A stretch of 64,000 nt of DNA. Source: Candidatus Magasanikiibacteriota bacterium (lineage in GTDB: Bacteria; Patescibacteriota; Patescibacteriia; Magasanikbacterales; GWA2-37-8). A program made the translations under genes and the position numbers. Below, one piece after another: positions 29,616 through 38,131 of this stretch (positions are counted from its first letter, which is position 1; the number at the start of each line of letters is the position of its first letter). The stretch is taken from positions 299,842 through 363,841 of the forward strand of contig CAWDHY010000001.1 in NCBI GenBank assembly GCA_963802255.1. The letters are read 5' to 3'. The notes beneath the pieces are model-generated. The model was not told where the DNA came from, did not search any database, and saw only the letters and a list, made by a program, of their open reading frames with translations.

Positions 29616-29765
29616 CTTAATGCGATCCAATTGTTTGGATCGCAAGTGGATTCGAACGCCGGAGCGATGTTTGGCGAGTTAGAGGACGAGCCAAACCGCG
29701 AGGCGGTGGCCAGGCAAAATTTTTGGAAGAAAATTTTAGCCGAGGCCGAATCCCTTGGCGTGCAC
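29598..29765 (+). mobile_element. Miniature structured element at the tRNA-Val 3' end, flanked by a 19-bp direct repeat
   Basis: CGAATCCCTTGGCGTGCAC at 29598-29616 and 29747-29765; the 130-bp interior has nested hairpins. Confidence 0.65.
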
Positions 29766-29767
29766 AT

Positions 29768-30961
29768 ATGACTTCTTGGTTCCAAGACGCGATTATTTAT
29801 CAAATTTTTATTGACCGGTTCTCCAGAGGCAAGCTTGAAGACGAGAAACCGTCAAAATGCAAGGCTCTGTCTTTTTGTGGCGGAAATCTCATCGGTGTTA
29901 TTGAGCGTCTTGATTATTTGAAAGACCTTGGCATTAACACTATTTGGCTTAGTCCGTTCAATGCGACAAGCGAATATCACGGTTATCACATTACCGATTT
30001 TTTTGCTATTGATCACCGTTTTGGCTCTTTATTGATATTAAAAAAATTAATTGATGAGGCGCATAGAAGGAGTATTAAAATTTTAATGGATTTTGTGCCA
30101 AACCACATGTCAAGCTTTCATCCGTATTTTTTGGACGCTCAGAAAAACAAGGATAGTCAATATAGAAATTGGTTTCATTTTACTAAATGGCCGGATCAAT
30201 ACCTGTGTTTTTTAAAAGTTCGTGAATTGCCTAAAATAAATTTGGATTTTGAGCCGGCAAGAGATCACATCGTCAATTCCGCAAAATATTGGTTAAGCCA
30301 AGGAATAGACGGTTTCAGATTGGATCATGTTGTCGGCCCAAAGCATTTGTTTTGGAAATTTTTTAGAAGTGAAATCAAGAAAGAATATCCCGAAGCGGTT
30401 CTGATTGGAGAAGCTTGGATTTCCGGTGTGAAATTTACGGACCTCAAAACAATTCAGATAAAAGGAAAATTTACTAAATGGTTATCCGGGTCAATTTCTG
30501 ATGCTTTGTTAAAGGAATATATTGGTGAGTTGGATGGTGTGCTTGATTTTGAATTTCAGAAATTAATGAAACAGTATATTGCCAAGCCGTCGTTTTTTCG
30601 GCCACGCTGGTTACTCCAATGGAAACTAAAGCGTCATTACAAAAAATATCCAGCTGACTATTTTTTGCCTACATTTTTGGATAATCATGACATGAACAGG
30701 TTTCTTTTTGAAACAGGCCAAGATAAAAATAAACTGAAGGAAGCTACCAAGATACAGTTTGCGCAAAAACAGCCACCCATTATTTATTATGGAACCGAAG
30801 TAGGTCTAACACAACAATTCGACGTATCTTCACTTAAGGAACATGGTGATATCATGGCTCGCGCAATGATGAATTGGAGCGAATATGAACAAGATAATGA
30901 GTTATATTTATTTTATAAAGAACTCATACTACAAAGGCGGTCGCAAAGAATAAAGAACTAG
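29768..30961 (+). CDS. GH13 alpha-amylase/cyclomaltodextrinase-family protein
   Basis: YQIFIDRF, GGNL.GV..RLDYL, YHGY, DFVPNH, DGFRLD, IGEAW, FLDNHD; start at ATG 29768. Confidence 0.92.
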   Translation: MTSWFQDAIIYQIFIDRFSRGKLEDEKPSKCKALSFCGGNLIGVIERLDYLKDLGINTIWLSPFNATSEYHGYHITDFFAIDHRFGSLLILKKLIDEAHRRSIKILMDFVPNHMSSFHPYFLDAQKNKDSQYRNWFHFTKWPDQYLCFLKVRELPKINLDFEPARDHIVNSAKYWLSQGIDGFRLDHVVGPKHLFWKFFRSEIKKEYPEAVLIGEAWISGVKFTDLKTIQIKGKFTKWLSGSISDALLKEYIGELDGVLDFEFQKLMKQYIAKPSFFRPRWLLQWKLKRHYKKYPADYFLPTFLDNHDMNRFLFETGQDKNKLKEATKIQFAQKQPPIIYYGTEVGLTQQFDVSSLKEHGDIMARAMMNWSEYEQDNELYLFYKELILQRRSQRIKN

Positions 30962-30998
30962 CCGATAAAAATTAACACTCAATATTCACCTCACGGGC

Positions 30999-31084
30999 TT
31001 GACAAAGGGCCTTTTTTGTGTTAATCTTGCTAGTTAAAATTTTATTTCTTTAACTGTTCTTTAAAAATCATGAAAAAGGAGGTT
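30999..31084 (+). promoter_or_regulatory. sigma70 promoter and strong SD
   Basis: TTGACA-N17-TAATCT; AAAGGAGGT before ATG 31087. Confidence 0.55.
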
Positions 31085-31086
31085 GA

Positions 31087-31959
31087 ATGACTGCGTTAAC
31101 AGTTATAACCCGGTCTTTTCAGGCCGGAACAGGTGGACAAGGAAAGAATTTCGATCCGGTTCTGTTTGCCAACAAGGTGGCGCGTCCGCTCAGAAACATC
31201 TTGCGGTTTTCCGAAGTGGTCCGGGCGGTTGTCGTCGTGACTAATGGGGACCCCAAAAGTCCTATGGCTGAGAATGCGGAAGACGGAGTGACGCCGACCA
31301 TAGCGGCACTTAGGGAAACATTCCCCAATGAAATCACTGGCGGTTCTCTCATCCCGCTGACTTGCGAGAATTGGGGTAGAAACCCCGGTAGCGGAAATGC
31401 CCTTAACGACGGCATTCGTATCGCCGAGGAGCGTTATCCCGGCAATTTTGTGATGATGTGGTCGCCGGAAATCGATGTGGATGGATTCTCAATATCTCAG
31501 GCGCTCAATTTCATCGAGCGTAGGAATCTGGCAGTAGCCGGATTTCTCCGTGAACGCTGGTGGGAAAGACCGCAATGGAACGTCGTTCAGAATACCGCCG
31601 CCATTTGGAATTCAGAAGTCCTTCTTGGCGTGGGTGGCTTCGCCCCGGAATGCAATGGCATCGGCAGGACCGTTAGAACCGAGGAATTTGGCGAGGTTCC
31701 GCTGGCCGGTATGGAGGATTTCCACGCCTGCTTAAGAATCATGAAAGCCAATGGCAATTTCCGTTGGGGGATGATTGGCAGGGCTGTTCCTCTGCGCTGG
31801 GATGTTGAATTTGATCCGGGAAGCGAGAGGGAGAGAAACCACATGACCAAGGTTGCGAGACAGTTCCTGGTTATGCGGGAATATGCGCGCAATATTTTTC
31901 CTTTGATGGATTTTAGCGAGGTCATGAACCGTCTGTTTGCCCTGTATCATCAGGAATAG
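31087..31959 (+). CDS. Hypothetical protein, GT-A (GT2-like) fold
   Basis: VVVVTNG, G...ALNDGI, NTAAIW...LL.VGGF, GMEDF; canonical DxD replaced by SPE. Confidence 0.55.
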   Translation: MTALTVITRSFQAGTGGQGKNFDPVLFANKVARPLRNILRFSEVVRAVVVVTNGDPKSPMAENAEDGVTPTIAALRETFPNEITGGSLIPLTCENWGRNPGSGNALNDGIRIAEERYPGNFVMMWSPEIDVDGFSISQALNFIERRNLAVAGFLRERWWERPQWNVVQNTAAIWNSEVLLGVGGFAPECNGIGRTVRTEEFGEVPLAGMEDFHACLRIMKANGNFRWGMIGRAVPLRWDVEFDPGSERERNHMTKVARQFLVMREYARNIFPLMDFSEVMNRLFALYHQE

Positions 31960-32134
31960 GGCTGACAGATGAAAGCACATTTTATCAGCCCCTTGCGGTA
32001 TAATTACATATCGCCGGGGGCTTTTTTTTTGACAATTGCGGTAAATAGTTTTAGCCGCGAGAATAAAAGTATTGCTTGGTCGTACACACAATGATTTATG
32101 CAAATAATATGCTATAATATGTCCATATAAAAAT

Positions 32135-33307
32135 ATGATGAAAATAGATCAGCCGGTTGTTTTGCACAAAGGAGTATTCAAAAAAACCGCCACTACCAGT
32201 GAAGCGGTATTCATGATTACCGGAATGACCATTGGCGCCGGGATTTTGGGTTTGCCATACGTTATTGCCCGTTCAGGGCTTGTTATGGGGCTCATTTTAA
32301 TCGCCCTGTGGGGTTTGGTGATGCTTCTCCTCAATCTTATGCTTGGCGATATTGCAGTGCGTACAAAGCGCAATTTTCAGCTTCCGGGTTTTGCCGGTAA
32401 ATACCTGGGAAATTGGGCGAGACGTCTGCTTGGAGCAATTATCGTTTTCAGCGGTTTTGGTACACTGCTCGCATACATTATCGGCGAAGGGCAGACACTT
32501 GCGGAAATATTCGGCGGAACGCCTTTTTGGTGGAGCGTATTTTTTTGGTCCTTGGGAAGTTTTTTCATCTGGCAAGGTTTGCAGACAATAAAAACCATTG
32601 ACCGTGTTCTGAGTTTAACGGTCATTATTTTAATAATTGCTTTGTCAATGTTTTTATTGCCAAAAATAAATATTGAGTATGTGCAATATTCAAATTTGGC
32701 TAACTTCTTTTTACCTTTCGGTGTGATATTGTTTGCTATGCATGCAACTCCGGCCATTGCCGAAGCTCACGCGCTTTTGCCCGGGTCGGAGAAAAGATTT
32801 AAAAAGGCGATAATAATCGGTACGTTAATTCCGATCGCGGCATATTTTATTTTTGCTTTAGCCGTAGTCGGGTATTTTGGTATTACTACGACCGAGGTAG
32901 CGACGATCGGCCTTGGCCGGGCGTTTGGCCCCGGTTTGGTTATTATGGCCAATGCGTTTGCCGCGCTTGCGATGGGTACTTGTTTTATGGGAATAGGGCT
33001 GGCGTTGAAACAAACTTTTATCTGGGACCATAAAATTAGCCCTCACTTGGCGGAATTCACTGTAATCGTTGTCCCTTTACTTTTGTTTTTGTTTGGTTTC
33101 AGAAGTTTTGTGGAAGTGCTGGATGTTGTTGGCGGATTATTTATCGGATTGGAAGCTCTTTTTATTGTGTTGATTTGTTATATGGCGCGAAAAAAAGGGG
33201 ATCTGGACGGATCGCGCTATGGATTAAAGAATTTTTGGCTAGTAGCCGTTCCGGTTTTAATGTTTTTTTTAGCGGCAACAGTTTATTCGGTGATTAAGAT
33301 GTTTTAG
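32135..33307 (+). CDS. Aromatic amino acid (TyrP/Mtr-like) permease
   Basis: G.TIGAGILGLP, AYIIG.G, about 11 TM helices. Confidence 0.85.
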   Translation: MMKIDQPVVLHKGVFKKTATTSEAVFMITGMTIGAGILGLPYVIARSGLVMGLILIALWGLVMLLLNLMLGDIAVRTKRNFQLPGFAGKYLGNWARRLLGAIIVFSGFGTLLAYIIGEGQTLAEIFGGTPFWWSVFFWSLGSFFIWQGLQTIKTIDRVLSLTVIILIIALSMFLLPKINIEYVQYSNLANFFLPFGVILFAMHATPAIAEAHALLPGSEKRFKKAIIIGTLIPIAAYFIFALAVVGYFGITTTEVATIGLGRAFGPGLVIMANAFAALAMGTCFMGIGLALKQTFIWDHKISPHLAEFTVIVVPLLLFLFGFRSFVEVLDVVGGLFIGLEALFIVLICYMARKKGDLDGSRYGLKNFWLVAVPVLMFFLAATVYSVIKMF

Positions 33308-33315
33308 AATATTTT

Positions 33316-33347
33316 AAAAATCGACCCATTAAGTGGGTCGATTTTTT
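33316..33347. terminator. Bidirectional intrinsic terminator
   Basis: aaaaatcgaccca-ttaag-tgggtcgattttt. Confidence 0.8.
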
Positions 33348-33357
33348 GTATGTTTTT

Positions 33358-35103
33358 TTAACCCTTCACTTCCGGCCTGACGTCAGAGCCACGGTCGTAA
33401 TTGGTCAGTGTGTTATCAACAGCGCCTCGTGATAAATTCAATTCTTTTCCAACAGTATCGTCTTTCGCATTGTATGAAGCACTCTTAATAAGTGTAATTT
33501 TTTTGCCGATTTGCGAAGCACTAGGATTTACCGCAACTTCAAAATATAGCCCGATATCGCCGGATGCAGGCACCAGATTATAGCTCCAGCTTACATTATT
33601 GCCGGTTTGATCATATTTAAGCTCCGGCCCGATAGTAACGCTTTGTTTTCCGGTGAACTCAACGCCGTCGGCAAGTTTCAGGTTAAATGAATTTCCGGCA
33701 ATCGCGTTTGTTCCATTGGATATTTCCACGAATATCCAATATTTTGTAATTTCCCCCACAGTAGGCGGTAATGGACCGCGACCCAATTGGTCTCCGTCGT
33801 TTGTGTAATATACAGGGTGAATATTCCAGCTTATCTGCGTTGCCAACGGTAATCTGACGGTTTCACTGCCCTCAACGATAAATTTTTGGTCAGGCACGTC
33901 GGCGAGTTCGGCTTCTGATTGAATTTTTATTTCCAGCTGTGTCAAGCCGGCGGCTTTAAAAAATGACAAAAGTTTTAAGTTAATCACAAATTCATCGGAA
34001 CTTCCGGATGACCCGTCGGCTAAAGCGGTGCGCGTTTTTTTGTCCGCGATTAAACTGTTGCCTTCCACAGTCAAATTATTTGCGTTTGCCGTTGCTTTTA
34101 AATCAACGATACCCGGCGTCGGGGTGATTCGCAGGCGGATATTTTTGAGTGAATAGGCGCTGGAATTGTTCCAATATACGCGTACCGGTAATGTATCGCC
34201 GCCATCGGCAAATGCTTTTTGTTCTAAAAGATGTACACCGCTTTTTATTTCAGGATAAAAAACTGATAATTTTCTTTCCAATGTGGCTTGTCGTATCGGT
34301 GTGTTATTGACCGTGACCAATATATCAAAACTTTCTGTGTATTCGCCCGAGTTGTCCGGCGCAATTATTACCCCGGCAATGGCTTTTGTTTCACCGGGCG
34401 CGAGATAAATATTTTTTAAAACATTTTCATCGGCAAATTTATTTTCCGCTGGAGGTACGATTGATATGTTTTGTATCGGTTGGGCGCCGTTATTTTTTAA
34501 AATAAGATTAACAGGGAGTTCGCGTCCGGGAAAAGAAGTGCTTGCCATCGTAATCTCAGCGCTGAGAATAGTGCCCGCTGGTCTGAATAAAGCGGCGCCG
34601 ATTTTTTGTTCCTTTGTTTTTGAACCTTCCGGCAAGTAACTGAGATAGGCGGTAATTTTCTCATCCATATTCGGTTCGGCAAAAATCAATCCATATATTT
34701 CCACTTGTCCGGCACCGCCCGCTTCAATTTTATCTAAATTGAATGTTGAGTTAGATGAAAAAATATCTTCCGAGGTTTTTGATCTGTCCACCACAAATCC
34801 CACAGGCAGGTGTACTCCCATGACCGCCTGATTCAAGTTCTTCTTGCTTCTGTTTTTGTAATCAATAGTTAAACGAATTTCGTCTCCGCTTTGCAGACGT
34901 TCAGTACCAAAAGAAAAAGTTAAATCAATTTCACTTGTTATGGTCGGTTTCCAGAAAAAAAAGAAAATACTCGAACAAAGCATTACAAGTGCCAGACCGA
35001 GAAGGGCTAAATCAAAAACAAACAGTTTTTTAGCGTGTTTGTAAATTCCGTGATAACGCTTGTGATAATGCGAATGTAAAAATTTATATATAGTTTTCAT
35101 CAT
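33358..35103 (-). CDS. Membrane-anchored protein with Ig-like (DUF11-type) domains
   Basis: N-terminal TM helix; GDQLGRGPLPP.VG..TKYW motif. Confidence 0.65.
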   Translation of the reverse strand: MMKTIYKFLHSHYHKRYHGIYKHAKKLFVFDLALLGLALVMLCSSIFFFFWKPTITSEIDLTFSFGTERLQSGDEIRLTIDYKNRSKKNLNQAVMGVHLPVGFVVDRSKTSEDIFSSNSTFNLDKIEAGGAGQVEIYGLIFAEPNMDEKITAYLSYLPEGSKTKEQKIGAALFRPAGTILSAEITMASTSFPGRELPVNLILKNNGAQPIQNISIVPPAENKFADENVLKNIYLAPGETKAIAGVIIAPDNSGEYTESFDILVTVNNTPIRQATLERKLSVFYPEIKSGVHLLEQKAFADGGDTLPVRVYWNNSSAYSLKNIRLRITPTPGIVDLKATANANNLTVEGNSLIADKKTRTALADGSSGSSDEFVINLKLLSFFKAAGLTQLEIKIQSEAELADVPDQKFIVEGSETVRLPLATQISWNIHPVYYTNDGDQLGRGPLPPTVGEITKYWIFVEISNGTNAIAGNSFNLKLADGVEFTGKQSVTIGPELKYDQTGNNVSWSYNLVPASGDIGLYFEVAVNPSASQIGKKITLIKSASYNAKDDTVGKELNLSRGAVDNTLTNYDRGSDVRPEVKG

Positions 35104-35187
35104 ATATGTATATTATATGCGCGGAAGGCAAAGAGGTCAAACAAAAAATCCGGCAAAATGCCGTTTAGCATCTGCCGGATAATTTCT

Positions 35188-35529
35188 TTATGAAACAGGG
35201 GATTGTTCGTTTATTTCACTTGTGGGAGGGTTTTGTTTAATAGTTTTTGGATTTGGGCTATACAATGGGTTTTTTATCCGCCATCTTTCAACATATTGGC
35301 CGATGCCCCGTTCAGCAAGCTTATTTCGTACAGTCGTATGTCGTTGGGACCATTTTACCAAGCTTTCAAAGTTGATTTTATAGCGCCCGGCAACAACCGC
35401 GTAGGTAATCTCTTGGTTAGCTATCGCACGGCGAACTGTCAGCGAACTAACGCCAAAAAGCTTGGCCGCTTCTGACACGGAAAGCCGGATTAATTCCTTC
35501 TGATTCTTGTTGTCAGTTTGCACAACCAT
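35188..35529 (-). CDS. Excisionase-like (HTH_17/MerR-type) DNA-binding protein
   Basis: LSVSEAAKLFGVS..TVRRAI....I......GRYKI; start at ATG 35529. Confidence 0.8.
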   Translation of the reverse strand: MVVQTDNKNQKELIRLSVSEAAKLFGVSSLTVRRAIANQEITYAVVAGRYKINFESLVKWSQRHTTVRNKLAERGIGQYVERWRIKNPLYSPNPKTIKQNPPTSEINEQSPVS

Positions 35530-35532
35530 AAT

Positions 35533-35753
35533 TTTTGTGTACGCTAGTGTATACAAATAATAGCAAATCATATGATTTTGTCAAGTCTGCTTGTCCAAAA
35601 TAGCAAAAATTTACCTAATTTTTTACTAAATTTGACCAATGTGTAGACGTTTTGTGTACGCTAGTGTATACAAACTTTAGCTAGGTGTGCGAATATTAGC
35701 CGTTATTTTCATGTCGCTTTATATTGAGTTTTGATTACGCTAGTGTATACAAA
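35533..35753. repeat. Three 25-bp near-palindromic direct repeats (candidate operators)
   Basis: TTTTGTGTACGCTAGTGTATACAAA at 35533-35557 and 35650-35674 (identical) and 35729-35753 (2 mismatches). Confidence 0.85.
35557..35584 (-). promoter_or_regulatory. sigma70 promoter of the HTH gene
   Basis: Minus strand TTGACA-N16-TATTAT with extended TGn; repeat 1 covers the predicted start site. Confidence 0.55.
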
Positions 35754-35986
35754 ATTTAGTGAATATATTAATTAGTCAGATATTTATTAATATGAGTCTG
35801 ACTTTTTTGTTTATGATAATTTGTAAAATTTTTTGTCTTTTTATCATATATATAGCTGAGTATCTATGCACAATAATTGCATTTGACATATGCTTTTTTG
35901 GTTGTTATTATTAATATCAATCTTATTCATATTCTGGCCGGTGAAACGGTCATTTTTATTAGAATAGGAGAAATGATTCAACCAAC

Positions 35987-36014
35987 TGTAACAATATTTA
36001 ACTTTTTTCGTCTA
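35987..36014 (+). promoter_or_regulatory. ECF-type autoregulatory promoter
   Basis: TGTAAC-N16-CGTCTA ending 5 nt before the ECF ATG. Confidence 0.65.
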
Positions 36015-36019
36015 CTAAG

Positions 36020-36577
36020 ATGACAGGTAAATTAAGTGAAAAAATACTGCTTTACCGGTTACAGACGAAACAGGATCCGGAAGCATTTACAGAACTCTAC
36101 GATTTATATGTTAAACGAATATATCGGTTCGTTTTTTTTAAGGTATCCGGACATGAAGAAGCAGAAGACATCACTTCAGAGGTTTTCTTGCGCGTTTGGA
36201 ATCATATCGCAGGAAATAAGGAAGTAAAAAGTTTCAGCGGTCTTTTATATAGGGTTGCCAGAAATTGTATCATTGATCTCTATCGTTCAAGGGCTTCTCA
36301 TTCAAATCCGTTGCTACTTTCAGAATTGTCCGAGGGCATTGAACCAAGTGATATGGGAAAGTCGGCTGAAAAAATTTCTGTTTCATCCGAAGCTGAAGAA
36401 ATAATTAAAGTAATTAAAAAATTGAAACAGGAGTATCAGGAAGTACTTACGCTGAAATATGTAGATGAATTAAATATTGATGAGATCGCGGAAATTACAG
36501 GTAAGGGAAAAATCGCCGTTAGGGTGACTCTGCACCGGGCGATGAAAAAATTAAAAATAATGGTGGAAAAAAATTAA
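36020..36577 (+). CDS. ECF RNA polymerase sigma factor
   Basis: AF.ELYD.Y...IYRF, EAEDITSEVF, LYRVARN..ID..R, EIAEI.GK....VRV.LHRA. Confidence 0.93.
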   Translation: MTGKLSEKILLYRLQTKQDPEAFTELYDLYVKRIYRFVFFKVSGHEEAEDITSEVFLRVWNHIAGNKEVKSFSGLLYRVARNCIIDLYRSRASHSNPLLLSELSEGIEPSDMGKSAEKISVSSEAEEIIKVIKKLKQEYQEVLTLKYVDELNIDEIAEITGKGKIAVRVTLHRAMKKLKIMVEKN

Positions 36578-36579
36578 AT

Positions 36580-37899
36580 ATGTCGCGTGACCTGATCGCA
36601 CAACTTAAGAATCTGAAACACTCTGAAGTCAGTCCAAGACCTGAGTGGCTAAAAGCCAGCCGGGCGAGTTTGCTGTCTCAGGTCAAAAATACTGTTCCCG
36701 CAGAAAAGCAAAATGTGCTGGATAGCGTTTGGCGCGGCATGTCAATATTTTTACCGCAGAAATTTGTATATAATATCGTCCGTCCGGTTGCGGTTCTGTT
36801 TATCGTTGCCATGGTAGGTACCAGCGGCTGGATTGCTACGGTTGACGCTTCATATGAAGCATTGCCAGGCGACTGGCTGTATCCGGCCAAGAGGGCAATG
36901 GAAAAAACGCAGGTGACGGCCGCCTCTATAATGGGTGCGACAAATACGGAAACAAAATTGCATGCCGAGTTTGCCAAACGACGCGCCGCTGAGATTAAGA
37001 AAGTAGTGCAGGGTAATGATCCTGATAAACAGGCGCGGGTATCTGAGACAGTAGGCGATTTAAAAATGGAAATGAAAAGTGTAGATACAAAGCTTGAGGC
37101 GATGAAAGTTAAAAATGAAAACGGGGATACGGAAACAGCTAAAGAAATTCAGAAAAATTCTGAACAAATAAAAACGGTGCTTAAAGAAGTCAAGGATGAT
37201 TTGAGTATCAGCACATCCACTGAAGAAAAAGCGATGGCAAAAGAAATTGGCGAAGCCAAGGATATGGCCAAAGACACCTCTGTAAAAGCAGTTGAGGTTT
37301 TGGTTGCGAACCATCTTTCCGGCGGAGCCACTACAGCAGATGATGTTAAAGAGGCGATTGGAAAAACCATGCAGAGCGTGGTGAATGATATGGCGGAAAC
37401 AAAACAAAATGTTGAAACAATGAAAAATGCCGTTGAAGCAGTGACGGAAGTAAAAAACAGCATCTCTTCAACTACGCCTGAAGCGTCGGCGAAAATAGAT
37501 AATGTAGCCGAGAAAACCGCGGCGGCAGTGGTAAAAACATCCGATGCGGTAGCAACGCTGGATAAAAAAGTCAGTGAAACAAATAGTTTAATGGAAAGTG
37601 GAAATTTGTTTGACGCGGTCAGTAAGATGAAGGAAGCCAGCGAAACCACCAAGGAAGCTGAAAAAGTTCAGGATACTGCCATTATTTCGGCGCAGTCGGT
37701 GTTGCCGACTCCGGTGATTACTTCGGTCAAAGCGCAAGTAATGGAAGCGTCGCAAAATACCAGTTCAACAGTGATAAAAATAATTGCCACTACAACTGCG
37801 CAAGTTATTGAACCCGGTAAATTGCCGGTGACAGTAATTGTCACAACCACAGTAGCGCAACCGGCCACAACCAGTGTCACGACCACTTTAAAGAAGTAA
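36580..37899 (+). CDS. Putative anti-sigma factor (DUF5667-like)
   Basis: Short N-terminal domain, TM helix, ALPGDWLYP.KR..E motif, helical extracellular region; adjacent to the ECF gene. Confidence 0.7.
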   Translation: MSRDLIAQLKNLKHSEVSPRPEWLKASRASLLSQVKNTVPAEKQNVLDSVWRGMSIFLPQKFVYNIVRPVAVLFIVAMVGTSGWIATVDASYEALPGDWLYPAKRAMEKTQVTAASIMGATNTETKLHAEFAKRRAAEIKKVVQGNDPDKQARVSETVGDLKMEMKSVDTKLEAMKVKNENGDTETAKEIQKNSEQIKTVLKEVKDDLSISTSTEEKAMAKEIGEAKDMAKDTSVKAVEVLVANHLSGGATTADDVKEAIGKTMQSVVNDMAETKQNVETMKNAVEAVTEVKNSISSTTPEASAKIDNVAEKTAAAVVKTSDAVATLDKKVSETNSLMESGNLFDAVSKMKEASETTKEAEKVQDTAIISAQSVLPTPVITSVKAQVMEASQNTSSTVIKIIATTTAQVIEPGKLPVTVIVTTTVAQPATTSVTTTLKK

Positions 37900-37905
37900 G
37901 AAGCG

Positions 37906-38117
37906 TTTTATCTCTCCGCATAAACGCAATTAGTTGTGTTTATACGGAGAGAGAAAAGTATTTGTTTATTAGATCTTTGCCAAAAGTCGAGGGGCCATAA
38001 GGCCTCGTAAAGATCCTTGTAAGGCAGGAGAAGCTTCGGCCAACCTGCTTAACCCTATTTTCTTTGACGTTCTGTTCCGCCGACTGGCGGAAACCGGGAT
38101 GCGCAACAGAGTAGGGT
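37906..38117 (+). ncRNA. Structured leader upstream of the S-layer-like gene
   Basis: Four consecutive stem-loops, including gatcttt/aaagatc, gcagg/cctgc and accct..ttccgcc-gact-ggcggaa..agggt. Confidence 0.5.
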
Positions 38118-38131
38118 ATATATTATTCATT

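Noticed and set aside
35533-35753. Repeats as a CRISPR array
   Set aside because: Only three copies, unequal gaps of 92 and 54 bp, and no cas genes in the window.
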